The notes under the pieces were generated by a model, which made no database searches, was not told the origin of the DNA, and saw only the letters and a program-made list of their open reading frames with translations. A stretch of 64,000 nt of DNA. Origin: Candidatus Melainabacteria bacterium 17Bon1m. GTDB taxonomy: Bacteria; Cyanobacteriota; Vampirovibrionia; Obscuribacterales; Obscuribacteraceae. The DNA lies in assembly GCA_032128875.1 (NCBI GenBank), contig JAVLKG010000013.1, positions 1 to 64,000 of the forward strand. Direction: 5' to 3'. This document shows, one piece after another, positions 29,154 to 38,660 of the stretch. The translations under genes were made by a program, and so were the position numbers. Every line of letters starts with the position of its first letter. Within the stretch, counting starts at the first letter, position 1.

Positions 29154-30218
29154 ATGGGTTTTACTAATTCGGAATACCTCTGGCTCCTCGCGCTCTTACC
29201 GGTTTTTGCTGGATTGTTCTTTCTAGGTTTTCAAAACCGGAAGGCGAACAGTGAAGCGTTTCGTTCTTGGAAATTCCGCAAGATAGCTACCGAAAAGCGC
29301 CCACCGCTTCTCGGCGAGATGCTCTATGGCAGCGCTATGTTGCTTGCTGTCAGCTTGATCATCGTAGCGATTGCCGGGCCATACCAGAATGACAAACCGG
29401 TGAGAGTGCCGGAGGGTCCTGTGCAGGCGTGTTTTGTCGTCGACGTTTCGCGTTCGATGGCGGCGGAAGACTACCGCGAGCACATGCCTGAAGACGCCGG
29501 AGTGCGTCCCGACCTCGACTCCGCCTGGGGCAGTCGCCTGCAAATGGCGAAGTACCAGATTGAGAAGGTGATGGACGTGCTGCCCGGCAATCAGCTGTGT
29601 CTGGTGACCTACACCGAACATGGCTTTGCTCAGTCGATCTTGGACAGTGATTTTGACGCACTGCGTTTTGTCCTCAAGCACTGGGTGAAAATCGGCACCG
29701 CCCCTGGTGACGGTTCTAACTATGCCGATGGCATGCAAGTTGCCGTGAATGTCCTGAAGGACTCAGACTCTCCGGCTAAACAGAAGGTGATAATTCTTCT
29801 CACGGACGGAGGCTTCACGGGGCAGGAAAAGGAAGTCGCAGAAGCGGTGAAGCGTCTGCAAGATGAGAAGGTAAAGCTGGTTATCGTCGGCATCGGCATG
29901 CCCGGCGAGAACGCAATTCCCCTTTACGCCAACGGTCTCCGCAAGGGGCAGATGGAAAAGGACGGGAAAGCTCTCACTACATCATACGAAGAGGATGCGA
30001 TACGCAACCTCAAAGCGCAGACCAACGCTGGCTACAGCCACATTGGTCTGGATGTGGATAGTCAGGTTGTGACTGTCGATTGGATGACTGAGATTAGCGG
30101 CACGAAAGTTGTGTTTGAAAAACGCATGCTGGGCAGATACCTCGCAGGCGTTGCTTACCTCATCTTCGTCGTCATAGCTGCAGTCGGATTCTTCACCCGT
30201 CGGCGTAAAGTCGCGTAA
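29154..30218 (+). CDS. VWA-domain membrane protein (BatB/MxaL-like)
   Basis: YLWLL start, DVSRSMAAED, SRL..AK, LLTDG. Confidence 0.88.
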   Translation: MGFTNSEYLWLLALLPVFAGLFFLGFQNRKANSEAFRSWKFRKIATEKRPPLLGEMLYGSAMLLAVSLIIVAIAGPYQNDKPVRVPEGPVQACFVVDVSRSMAAEDYREHMPEDAGVRPDLDSAWGSRLQMAKYQIEKVMDVLPGNQLCLVTYTEHGFAQSILDSDFDALRFVLKHWVKIGTAPGDGSNYADGMQVAVNVLKDSDSPAKQKVIILLTDGGFTGQEKEVAEAVKRLQDEKVKLVIVGIGMPGENAIPLYANGLRKGQMEKDGKALTTSYEEDAIRNLKAQTNAGYSHIGLDVDSQVVTVDWMTEISGTKVVFEKRMLGRYLAGVAYLIFVVIAAVGFFTRRRKVA

Positions 30219-30268
30219 AAGCGCCTAACGTCGGCGAAGTTGAAACTCTAGCAAGAAAGAAAAAACAA

Positions 30269-31327
30269 ATGTCGAATCAAATCAATCCCATCGAGGGCAT
30301 ACTCGGTGAGGTTCGCAAGGTTGTCGTCGGTTATGACGAGATGACGGAGAAGGTGGCTTACACCCTCTTCGTGCCAGGCGGACACGTACTTTTGGAAGCA
30401 GTTTGGGGTCTGGCGAAGAGCGTCACGGCTAACGCCTTCGGGCGAGCTATCAAAGGCGCCACCTGGTCACGATTCCAGATGACACCAGATATGATGCCTG
30501 CCGATATCAAAGGCAACCGCGTCTACAACCGTGAATTGAGCAAATACGAGATCATTCAAGGTCCCGTGTTCGCCAACATCGTCCTGGCGGACGAAATCAA
30601 CCGCACCACGCCGCAGACTCAGTCTGCACTTCTCGAGCCGATGGCTGAGAACTCGGTGACGATCGCCGGACAAACCTTCCGCATGCCGACTTTGTTCTGC
30701 GTCCTGGCGACGCAAAATCCTCGGCAGAGCGAAGGCACCTACCCGCTTCCGGAGCCGCAGCTCGACCGCTTCCTCTTCAAAATCGACATGGGATACGTGT
30801 CGGAAGAGGCGGAGGATCGCATGATGCGAAATCAGAATACCCTCAAAGGTCAGGACCCCTACAAGGACATCGTGCCTCAGGTCTCTGTCGAGGACATTCT
30901 GGCTCTGCGTGAGAGAATCGCGCAGACTTATGTTTCCGATGCTGCTCGTGCGTACATCCGTGCGCTCATTCGCGGCACTCGTCCCGGCGACAAGCATTTC
31001 AACACCATCGTCGACCGCACCGGTGCGGACGGTGTTCTCTATCGCGACGCCATCGAAATCGGCGCCGGTCCTCGCGCTCTGCAGGCTCTGCTTGCCGCTG
31101 CGCAGGTTCGCGCCTTCCACATGAACAAGGGCTATGTTCTTCCTGAGCACATTCAGTACGTCTACAAGGACGTCGTGCGCCACCGGCTTTTCCTTCACCA
31201 GAAGGCGCTTTTGCGCAAAACGGTGACGGTCGATCAGCTCGTCGCCACTGCTCTCAAGGGTACTCCTTTGCTCACCAACGACGAGCGCGCCTATGTGCCC
31301 GTCGGAGTTGGCTTTCTAAGCATGTAA
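30269..31327 (+). CDS. moxR: MoxR-family AAA+ ATPase
   Basis: RFQMTPDMMPADI, LADEINR, ATQNP, EGTYPLPEPQLDRF; atypical Walker A AVWGLAKS. Confidence 0.92.
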   Translation: MSNQINPIEGILGEVRKVVVGYDEMTEKVAYTLFVPGGHVLLEAVWGLAKSVTANAFGRAIKGATWSRFQMTPDMMPADIKGNRVYNRELSKYEIIQGPVFANIVLADEINRTTPQTQSALLEPMAENSVTIAGQTFRMPTLFCVLATQNPRQSEGTYPLPEPQLDRFLFKIDMGYVSEEAEDRMMRNQNTLKGQDPYKDIVPQVSVEDILALRERIAQTYVSDAARAYIRALIRGTRPGDKHFNTIVDRTGADGVLYRDAIEIGAGPRALQALLAAAQVRAFHMNKGYVLPEHIQYVYKDVVRHRLFLHQKALLRKTVTVDQLVATALKGTPLLTNDERAYVPVGVGFLSM

Positions 31328-31357
31328 GTGAGGACACTGCATAAATGGAGAACTCAG

Positions 31358-32302
31358 ATGAAAGCAGAAACGGAACTGGAGATTGAAAACATTCTCCAGC
31401 GCGTCGCTTATTGCGCCATTCCCATCGACTGGAGGACGATGAATTCGTTGCCCGGCGTTGGCAATCGCAAAGGCGTGCGCCGTGGTCCCGGTCTGGACTT
31501 TCTCGGCACCGCCCTCTTTCAAGAGGGTGATGACGAACGTCACATCAACTGGGTCGCCACCGCTCAAGCCGCTGACGATGATGAGATCTACAAGACCATC
31601 TATCGCCAGCGCAAAGAGTTGAAGGCGCACATCTTCGTGGACATCAGTCTCACCATGGACTATGGCACGGAGCGCAACACCAAGCGCGGCGTCGCTGCCG
31701 AGGTAGCTGCGTCAATTCACTACGCTCTGGATAAAACCCGAGACAAGGTGGGTTGCACGCTATTTTCGCGCGACACTGTGCACGAAACGCTGCCCACCCG
31801 CAACGCGCGCACCAACCTCATTCCTGCTCTGGTGAATATCCTGGAGTGCGAACGAGCTGAAGCTGTAAGCCGTGACTCCCATCCTGGCAATGGGCTGGAC
31901 AAGGCGCTTTCGCTCATGCCAGCATCGCGTCAGCTCGTGTTTGTCATCAGTGACTTCATGAATCTGAGCGATGCGGATTGGGATGCGCTCGGCAATCTTG
32001 CCGTCATTCACGACGTCGTTTGCATCTACGTGCAAGACCGTCGCGAGCGCGAGTTGCCACAGCCGAATGGCGTCCTGAGTGGGTTTGGGTACTTCCTGCG
32101 GATACAAGATCCAAGTGGACTTAGCAAATTGGTTTGGAACAATGCCAAAACACGCCGGCAGTGGACGGAGAACTGGAAGGCTCACGAAGCCCGCATCTCT
32201 GCCTCCATAGACGAGCGTAATTGCGAACTGCTCATCCTCAGCACTGAGGAAGACGAAAGCGCAATGGAGAGTGTTCTAAGTCTATTTGCTGGTCATGGAT
32301 GA
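31358..32302 (+). CDS. DUF58 family protein
   Basis: GLDF, GDDERHINW, VDIS..M.YG, VISDF, HDV. Confidence 0.88.
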   Translation: MKAETELEIENILQRVAYCAIPIDWRTMNSLPGVGNRKGVRRGPGLDFLGTALFQEGDDERHINWVATAQAADDDEIYKTIYRQRKELKAHIFVDISLTMDYGTERNTKRGVAAEVAASIHYALDKTRDKVGCTLFSRDTVHETLPTRNARTNLIPALVNILECERAEAVSRDSHPGNGLDKALSLMPASRQLVFVISDFMNLSDADWDALGNLAVIHDVVCIYVQDRRERELPQPNGVLSGFGYFLRIQDPSGLSKLVWNNAKTRRQWTENWKAHEARISASIDERNCELLILSTEEDESAMESVLSLFAGHG

Positions 32303-32317
32303 GTCTAATAGCCAAGG

Positions 32318-33358
32318 ATGTTTAACATGACTAGCAAATCTTTGACTGCCCTGTTTCTGGGGCTCTGGATGGGCTTATCTACGCCAGCTCAGAGCCAAGA
32401 AATAGCCGCACCGCTTCCGAAGCCGCCGGAGACTGTTGTCCCTGCGCTCGAGAATCCGGTCACCGGCTTGATGGAGGCGGGACGGCTGATCATCACCGTT
32501 TCTGCCACGCGCAAGTATGCCGATGGTCCGTCGGTTAACTACGGTTTTCGCACGGGTGAAGCAATTCCCGTCACCGTGGTCATTTCCGCTGATCCGGGCG
32601 TACTTGTCGATATCGGATCATTGAAGGACAAGACAATCAGCAAAGGCGAAAGCGAATTCGAAATCATCGCTAAGCCGGTCGTTGTCCATTTGGAGCGGAA
32701 TGGCAAAAACATTACCGTTCTTCAAATCGTTGTGCGCACGTGGAATCTGGACCCGTCTCTCGTCTTGAACTTCCAGTTTCACTACGCGACGAATTATCTG
32801 CCGGATAAGAAAACACCGGCTTGGAAAGTCGGGACCACGCCTGACTTTGTCATCAGCACATCGAGAACTGCGACGCCTAGCAGCAAGCAGCTCCTTGATG
32901 GAGACATGGGCAAGAAGGCAACCAATGTGCGTGCCGCAGAACCGCTGAAAATCGGCGGAATTCTCGTCATGCTCTTGGTGCCACTCTTCATCGCTTGGCG
33001 ATTGTGGAATATCTGGCGTCTTGCTGATCGGCTGACCAAAGCCCAACGCGCCTGGAAAGTTATCGATGAAGTGGTCCGCAATCGGGGCACTGCTGGCGGT
33101 GACTTTTCGATCGCTCAGTTGGAGCAAATCTCGGCTGCCCTGCGCGAGTATCTTGAGGTTGCATCGGTGTCCACTGCCCAGCTGCAGGAGCCGCTCGGCG
33201 AACGTTTTGCCGGGCACGAACGCAAGGCTGATATGTTGGCGAATTGCTTCGGTGCATTCGCCAAACTCGACCGCGCTATCTACGGAAAGGCAGAGCTGTC
33301 GCACGAAGAGTGTGATGCCTTGCTCGACGAGATCGCGCGCATCATCCCCAGAGAATAA
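32318..33358 (+). CDS. signal-peptide plus TM protein (MxaA/BatD-like position)
   Basis: signal peptide, YGFRTGE, TM helix, helical C-terminal domain. Confidence 0.7.
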   Translation: MFNMTSKSLTALFLGLWMGLSTPAQSQEIAAPLPKPPETVVPALENPVTGLMEAGRLIITVSATRKYADGPSVNYGFRTGEAIPVTVVISADPGVLVDIGSLKDKTISKGESEFEIIAKPVVVHLERNGKNITVLQIVVRTWNLDPSLVLNFQFHYATNYLPDKKTPAWKVGTTPDFVISTSRTATPSSKQLLDGDMGKKATNVRAAEPLKIGGILVMLLVPLFIAWRLWNIWRLADRLTKAQRAWKVIDEVVRNRGTAGGDFSIAQLEQISAALREYLEVASVSTAQLQEPLGERFAGHERKADMLANCFGAFAKLDRAIYGKAELSHEECDALLDEIARIIPRE

Positions 33359-33370
33359 CTTGGGCCGTTC

Positions 33371-33457
33371 GTGGGGTCGCGTTGCACGCGACCTTACTAC
33401 AGTCACGTTCGGCAAAAGTCGCCAATTGCCTGGGAGCGCGGGCGACTCGCCCGCTTC
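33371..33457. repeat. REP-like palindromes
   Basis: GTGGGGTCGCGTTGCACGCGACC and CTGGGAGCGCGGGCGACTCGCCCGC. Confidence 0.65.
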
Positions 33458-33582
33458 CTTGGTTTTACAACCTCACCAAGATTTACTTCAGCCGCCCGAC
33501 GGTTTCAAGAATCCGCTCGGGCCTTAACCGGAGAAACGGACGGCGAAAGCCGTTCGCGTTGTCTCCAGGAAGAGAGATAAAA

Positions 33583-35298
33583 GTGAAACACTTACGCACA
33601 CTCTCGCTCGCTCTGTGCCTTTCTTTGGGCGCATTCAGCGCAGCAATTGCAGAGGAACCGCAGGGAAATTCTCCGCACGTTCCTCTGATGGACCACATCC
33701 GCGATCACGGCGAAACGCTGATGCCTGTGGAAGCTCCAGCGCAAGAACCCACTCGTGAACCTGCGCAAGAGCCATCAAAGGAGCCAGGCAAGACATTTGT
33801 GCCTGGTGACAGCGACGGCGGTGTTTCAAGCGCCCCCGAAGCAACTGACAAAGACGGCAAGGCTGTCGCGCCTGGTCCGCAGGTGAAAGACATCAACGAG
33901 CTGCCTCCTGAGGTGCGTCGCATGCTTGGCGTGCGCGAACCGCAAGAGACTCTGGTGGAGCCGACTCCCGCAATGCGCGAGCAGCTCTACAAGCAGATCT
34001 GGACACAGATAGGCGCGGAGTATGTCGACGAGTCCAAACTCAAGGACTGGGAAGCTCGCCTCACCAAATATGACGGCAAGCTGAACAGCGCAGAAGAACT
34101 TGACGCAGCTCTCACCGAGCTCGTTGATAGCGTTGGCGATCGCTGGACGAAATACCAGAGCCCGACGTCAATCCGAGAGTTCAGTGCCATGGTCAAGGAC
34201 GGCTTCGTGCTGGCCGGCATGGTGTTGCGCAAGCATTCCGACAATGCCTGGCATATTGATAGCATGATGTACGATTCTGCAGCGCAGAAATCAGTGCTGC
34301 GGGAAGGTGACATCGTCGTCTCCATCAACGGTAAGAAGCTCGACAAACTCAGCGAGACTGAGGTGTTGAAGCTGAGCGCCGGACACGAAGGCGAAGTGAT
34401 GAACGTTGTTGCTGGTTGGGACGGGCAAATGCACGAAGTGCAGTTGACGCTCTTCCGTCCGATGAAGGATCGCGTACAAGTCGCGAAACTTCCCGACGAC
34501 GTCCTCTACATTCGCCTGCCTACTTACGAAAAGCCTGAGATTGTCGACGACTTCATGAAGCAGCTGAAGGCGCAATACTATGAGGCGAAGGGCGGCTTGA
34601 CCGGCATCGTTCTCGACCTGCGCAACAACAGCGGCGGACTGGTCGACATGGCTTTGAAGACTTCGTCGCTCTTCTTGGAGCAAGGCACCATGGTCAAATC
34701 CACGGTGCACAAAGGGCAGCTGGAAACGGTCACCGAATACAAGGTGAAACCGCTGGCGTCGTTTGCCAAAAGAATGATAACGGAGCCGCACATGCTCGAT
34801 TTCTTCAATTGGCTGCAGAACACGCCAATGGTGATTTTGATCAATGGCAGCACCGCGAGCTCTTCCGAAATCACGTCAGGTGCTCTTCAAGACAATGGGC
34901 GCGCTTACGTGATCGGAACGCATTCTTTCGGTAAGGCGGTGGCGTTTACCATTCAGGATCTTCCGAATGGCGGACGTTTCTTCCTCACCTCGATGAAGTA
35001 CCTCACGCCTAACGGTCACGATGTCTACGATGTCGGCATTCAGCCTGACCTCGTCGTCGAACAGCCGCGCGATGCGAAGAACGATGCGCAGCTTATCGCT
35101 GCACACGACTACATCGTCAAGCTGTCGGCGCAACGCTTCAAGCAAGTGCAGGATGGCAAAGACCTTGCCGCCAAGCCTGCGACTGAACTGAAGCATTTGG
35201 ATGCCAGCCCTTATCGCAAGCCGCTTCTCATTGCGGTACTTGTGATCGGTCTGGTTATCATCGCTTTCACTCAGCTCGCCAGCTACAAGAAGAAGTAA
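33583..35298 (+). CDS. S41 carboxyl-terminal processing protease with PDZ
   Basis: LDLRNNSGG, TASSSEI, SFGKA, YLTPNG, GIQPD; signal peptide and C-terminal TM. Confidence 0.92.
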   Translation: MKHLRTLSLALCLSLGAFSAAIAEEPQGNSPHVPLMDHIRDHGETLMPVEAPAQEPTREPAQEPSKEPGKTFVPGDSDGGVSSAPEATDKDGKAVAPGPQVKDINELPPEVRRMLGVREPQETLVEPTPAMREQLYKQIWTQIGAEYVDESKLKDWEARLTKYDGKLNSAEELDAALTELVDSVGDRWTKYQSPTSIREFSAMVKDGFVLAGMVLRKHSDNAWHIDSMMYDSAAQKSVLREGDIVVSINGKKLDKLSETEVLKLSAGHEGEVMNVVAGWDGQMHEVQLTLFRPMKDRVQVAKLPDDVLYIRLPTYEKPEIVDDFMKQLKAQYYEAKGGLTGIVLDLRNNSGGLVDMALKTSSLFLEQGTMVKSTVHKGQLETVTEYKVKPLASFAKRMITEPHMLDFFNWLQNTPMVILINGSTASSSEITSGALQDNGRAYVIGTHSFGKAVAFTIQDLPNGGRFFLTSMKYLTPNGHDVYDVGIQPDLVVEQPRDAKNDAQLIAAHDYIVKLSAQRFKQVQDGKDLAAKPATELKHLDASPYRKPLLIAVLVIGLVIIAFTQLASYKKK

Positions 35299-35364
35299 AC
35301 ATTGCTTTCGGTTGTAGGGGCGGCATTTATGCCGCCCGCCGATTGCTATACCAAACGAAACTCA

Positions 35365-35398
35365 GGAAGCAAGCCATTCGGCTTGCTTCCCCTTTTTT
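35365..35398 (+). terminator. intrinsic terminator
   Basis: GGAAGCAAGCC-ATTC-GGCTTGCTTCC plus T-tract. Confidence 0.8.
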
Positions 35399-35406
35399 CA
35401 AAAGAT

Positions 35407-35423
35407 TACTAGGGTATGTCGTA
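35407..35423. other. 3'-end spaced palindrome, copy G
   Basis: TACTA-gggtatg-TCGTA. Confidence 0.7.
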
Positions 35424-35500
35424 GCACTGTGAGGCATATAAACTGTGATGTATCCTCTTGTTTTGCAAGTAGGAGTGTTTCGATCCTTAACGGAGCAAAA

Positions 35501-35782
35501 GTGCGTATTCGTTTAGTGTTTAACTGCATATTTCAGAGTTTCATAATTACATTGGTCTGTGTCTTTCTTGTGGCGTTATCGTTCGCGATAAGTGGATGTT
35601 TTGCAGATACAGCCCCGAAGTTGCTGGAAGAAAAGGTACGCGATGCTCTATTTGGTTTCTACCTCCTGTTTCTTGCTGCCTGGTTTTGGTTGATCGCGCC
35701 GTCTTTTTGGTGTTTGGTTTTCTTTTGTTTGTTGATTCGAAGAATTTTCCGGCCCGCTCAAAGTGACGAACCAACTAAATGA
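35501..35782 (+). CDS. small membrane protein
   Basis: GGAG before GTG; hydrophobic segments. Confidence 0.5.
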   Translation: MRIRLVFNCIFQSFIITLVCVFLVALSFAISGCFADTAPKLLEEKVRDALFGFYLLFLAAWFWLIAPSFWCLVFFCLLIRRIFRPAQSDEPTK

Positions 35783-35930
35783 TCGCGATTGTGAAGTCGC
35801 TGGATCTCTTAACCTCACCTTAGTAAGCAAGCGCGCAGAATACCCGCAACAACAACCGCATAACTGCGAAAGCCTGACGAGATCAGGTTTGTAATGATGT
35901 GATTGCTGATATTCAAGGAAACTTTTTACT

Positions 35931-36188
35931 ATGATTTCTGCTGCTTCGGTTTCGTTTACGGACTTGATTTGCGAATTGCAAAAACGGCACAAGGCAAAGC
36001 AACGCTGGGATGATTCGGCGTATGTCGAATCGCTTATCTTCGATCTGCATATGGCACAGAAGAGCCTCCAGCGCTCGATTTACAACCAACAGGTCACTTC
36101 GATCAATCAAAGAGATCTGGTTGCAAAAACGAGATGCCAAACGCAGCGTGAAAAACTGCAATCGCGTTTGGATTATCCAGAACGCTAA
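35931..36188 (+). CDS. hypothetical protein
   Basis: AAGGA upstream; followed by GGGAAGCC-GAAA-GGCTTCCC hairpin (36241) and T-tract. Confidence 0.5.
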   Translation: MISAASVSFTDLICELQKRHKAKQRWDDSAYVESLIFDLHMAQKSLQRSIYNQQVTSINQRDLVAKTRCQTQREKLQSRLDYPER

Positions 36189-36754
36189 GTTCCGTTACTT
36201 TTCTCCTGCGCAAAAGACTTATCCGGTCGGGATTCAAACAGGGAAGCCGAAAGGCTTCCCTGTCGCCTTTTAGGTGTTTTTTTTGCGTTCGCGCGAGCTT
36301 TTGAGGGCTCAATGTTAAGTTGCGCAACAGTGTAAATTGACGTTTTATGTGCTTCTTAACCTCACCATAACCTTTTTGTGCTGGTGGCGTATATGGTGGC
36401 ATGAGCTAGCTGCGCGAGATCATGTTTTCTCGTATGAAAGTGGACTCGATTGGAAACCCTGAGTACGGGCGGTTCTTCTAAGCGCTGTTAGACCTTGCTT
36501 TGCAATGTGTTGAAACAATCTAGTGCTTCCGGAATTTAATGGTTGTTAGCGTTGGGTGTCACTTTCTTTTCCCTTCACTGGAAACCGATTTACTAAGTCC
36601 CGAGCCACCTTCTCTTTAGCCAGCATTGTTCAAGGTCTTCAAGACTTGAGCGACGCTCGCGCATCTCTCGGACAACCAATCCAAGTTTTCGACAGGAAGA
36701 CCGTAACGAAGGTTTTCCTATGAGTGCCTAACGGCAAAGCTGGAGATCTGCAGC

Positions 36755-38179
36755 ATGGATAAAACTCTCAATGACGCCCGCACAGCGATGATTGTGGGTG
36801 AGATTCGTATCGCGGCACCGGCGGAAGAGCAAAAGCACTTTGTTCTGAAGCCCATGCTTCAACTGGGCTCGAAGTACGGCAGAGGCTTCTTCTCTTCGCT
36901 CGAGCTGGTCTGGTATGCCTATGTCGGCAAACGTCACTGGAAGATGCTCGTTCGTCCGGAAGGGGCGAGCAAGTGGACTTTCGTCACGGTCGACAAGGTC
37001 GACTCTGTTGAAATTGCTGACCACGAGATGCATCGCCTGAGTGCGCGCATCAAAAAGTCCGGCACCTCGCAAGTCTTCGAATATAAGTTGCTGCTCGATG
37101 ACGAACTGGTTTTCGAGTCGCAAGGTCGCTTCCCGTCGCGCTCTGACTCCGCCAACGCGCGCACTGTTGTGTTCGGCGATTTTGCTGACGGAGCGACTGG
37201 CGCGAGCAAAATCGCACAAGCGGCGCTCTTGCTGAATCCCGATCTCGTCGTCATTCCTGGCGACATCGTCTACAAAAGCGGCTTGTTCAGTGAGTACCGA
37301 AAGCACCTCGACCCTGTGTTCAACGGCTCTGCGCCGGAAGGTGTGCCGCTCGCATCGACAACGGTCATCGCTGCGGCCGCTGGCAATCACGATACTCGCA
37401 TCCCTGACTTCGAGGACGCGCAGCAGCATTCTTCGAATGCGGATCTCTTCGCTTTCTTCAGGACTTGGCGTCACCCCGACAACGGTCCCAAGCTCAAGGC
37501 GAAGGACGTCGCAGACATGGTCTCCAAGCGCAAAGAAGGGCGCAAGCTGCTGGAGCAGTTTGGTCCCGAGTACATTCGCGCTTCGAACTACTGGTTCTTC
37601 CAAGGGGATGCGCAGTGGATTGTTCTCGATGCCAACAAGTACATGGACTGGCGCCACGATGACTTGCAGCGCTGGCTGAAACGCACTCTCAAAGCTGGTC
37701 GCCGCAAGACCTGGCGTTTCGTCACCTTCCACCAGCCCGGCTTTAACAGCGATCCGAAGTATCGCGCCGACTGGCGGATGCGAGTACTAGCGCCTATCTT
37801 CGAGGAGTTCGGAGTGGACGTTGTCTTCAGCGGGCACTGCCACTTCTACGAACGTCATCGTCCGATCAAGTTCCGCCCGCACGATGACGAGTCTGGTAAG
37901 AAGCGCAACCCGCGCGGTATCACGACCGTCGATCTGGAGTTTGACGGCGACACCAATCGCAAGCCGAATGGTGTCATCTACATCGTCACCGGCGCTGGCG
38001 GTACTCTTCTGAAGGAGGAGCTGCGTCCTAGTCTGCACGGAATTTCCGAGACTACCGCCTTCCTCTGCGAGAACAAAAACTCGCTCACGTTGCTCGATTT
38101 CGGTCAGCGCACACTGACTGTTCAGCAGCTTGATCACCGGCTGAAGGAAATCGACCGCATCGTCATCGACAAGAACTAA
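36755..38179 (+). CDS. calcineurin-like metallophosphoesterase (purple acid phosphatase-like)
   Basis: FGD, GDIVY, GNHD, FHQP, FSGHCHFYER, VTGAGG. Confidence 0.9.
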   Translation: MDKTLNDARTAMIVGEIRIAAPAEEQKHFVLKPMLQLGSKYGRGFFSSLELVWYAYVGKRHWKMLVRPEGASKWTFVTVDKVDSVEIADHEMHRLSARIKKSGTSQVFEYKLLLDDELVFESQGRFPSRSDSANARTVVFGDFADGATGASKIAQAALLLNPDLVVIPGDIVYKSGLFSEYRKHLDPVFNGSAPEGVPLASTTVIAAAAGNHDTRIPDFEDAQQHSSNADLFAFFRTWRHPDNGPKLKAKDVADMVSKRKEGRKLLEQFGPEYIRASNYWFFQGDAQWIVLDANKYMDWRHDDLQRWLKRTLKAGRRKTWRFVTFHQPGFNSDPKYRADWRMRVLAPIFEEFGVDVVFSGHCHFYERHRPIKFRPHDDESGKKRNPRGITTVDLEFDGDTNRKPNGVIYIVTGAGGTLLKEELRPSLHGISETTAFLCENKNSLTLLDFGQRTLTVQQLDHRLKEIDRIVIDKN

Positions 38180-38249
38180 CACCCAACTTGTGGGGTGGAG
38201 ACTTGTCCTTCGGGATGGTCTTCGCCTCACTTCGTTTTGAAACTCGCTA

Positions 38250-38266
38250 TACTACATCAAGTCACA
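38250..38266. other. 3'-end spaced palindrome, copy H (one arm only)
   Basis: TACTA-catcaag-TCACA at the expected position after TTTTG. Confidence 0.4.
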
Positions 38267-38497
38267 GTTGCGCGTTAAAAATGGGCGCGTGCAACGCGCC
38301 CCCACGCAAAGGATTTTTGGGTGTACGAATAGTTGTTTCGCACGCATGGCGGAGCGCTTGATTACACAAGGGTTTGTGTCGCATGACAACTTTCTCGCGC
38401 GCTTTTGCGAGTTGTTAGAGTTTTGCCGCGTGGCTGAAGTACTGAGCTTTTAAGCATGTTTCTGACCATCAAGATTACTGTTAAGCAGCAAGTGTTA

Positions 38498-38527
38498 TTG
38501 ATCCAAGCGCGCGGAAACTCCTAGGTT
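38498..38527 (+). promoter_or_regulatory. putative promoter
   Basis: TTGATC-N18-TAGGTT. Confidence 0.55.
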
Positions 38528-38660
38528 TTCACTTGTTCTTTTATCGGTTTCTCTCAATTCCTCGCACTCATCCCAAACCTCCTTTTCCATCGCATATTCG
38601 TAATTTGACCTTGTAGGAACGCACTCATTGCGCTCCGAATGAACACGAAGGGATCCTGTC

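Noticed and set aside
33382-33582. N-terminal extension of the S41 protease
   Set aside because: It runs through REP-like palindromes; the signal peptide begins at GTG 33583.
26260-35298. Methanol dehydrogenase (mxa) cluster
   Set aside because: No PQQ dehydrogenase or cytochrome gene; only generic MoxR accessory genes.
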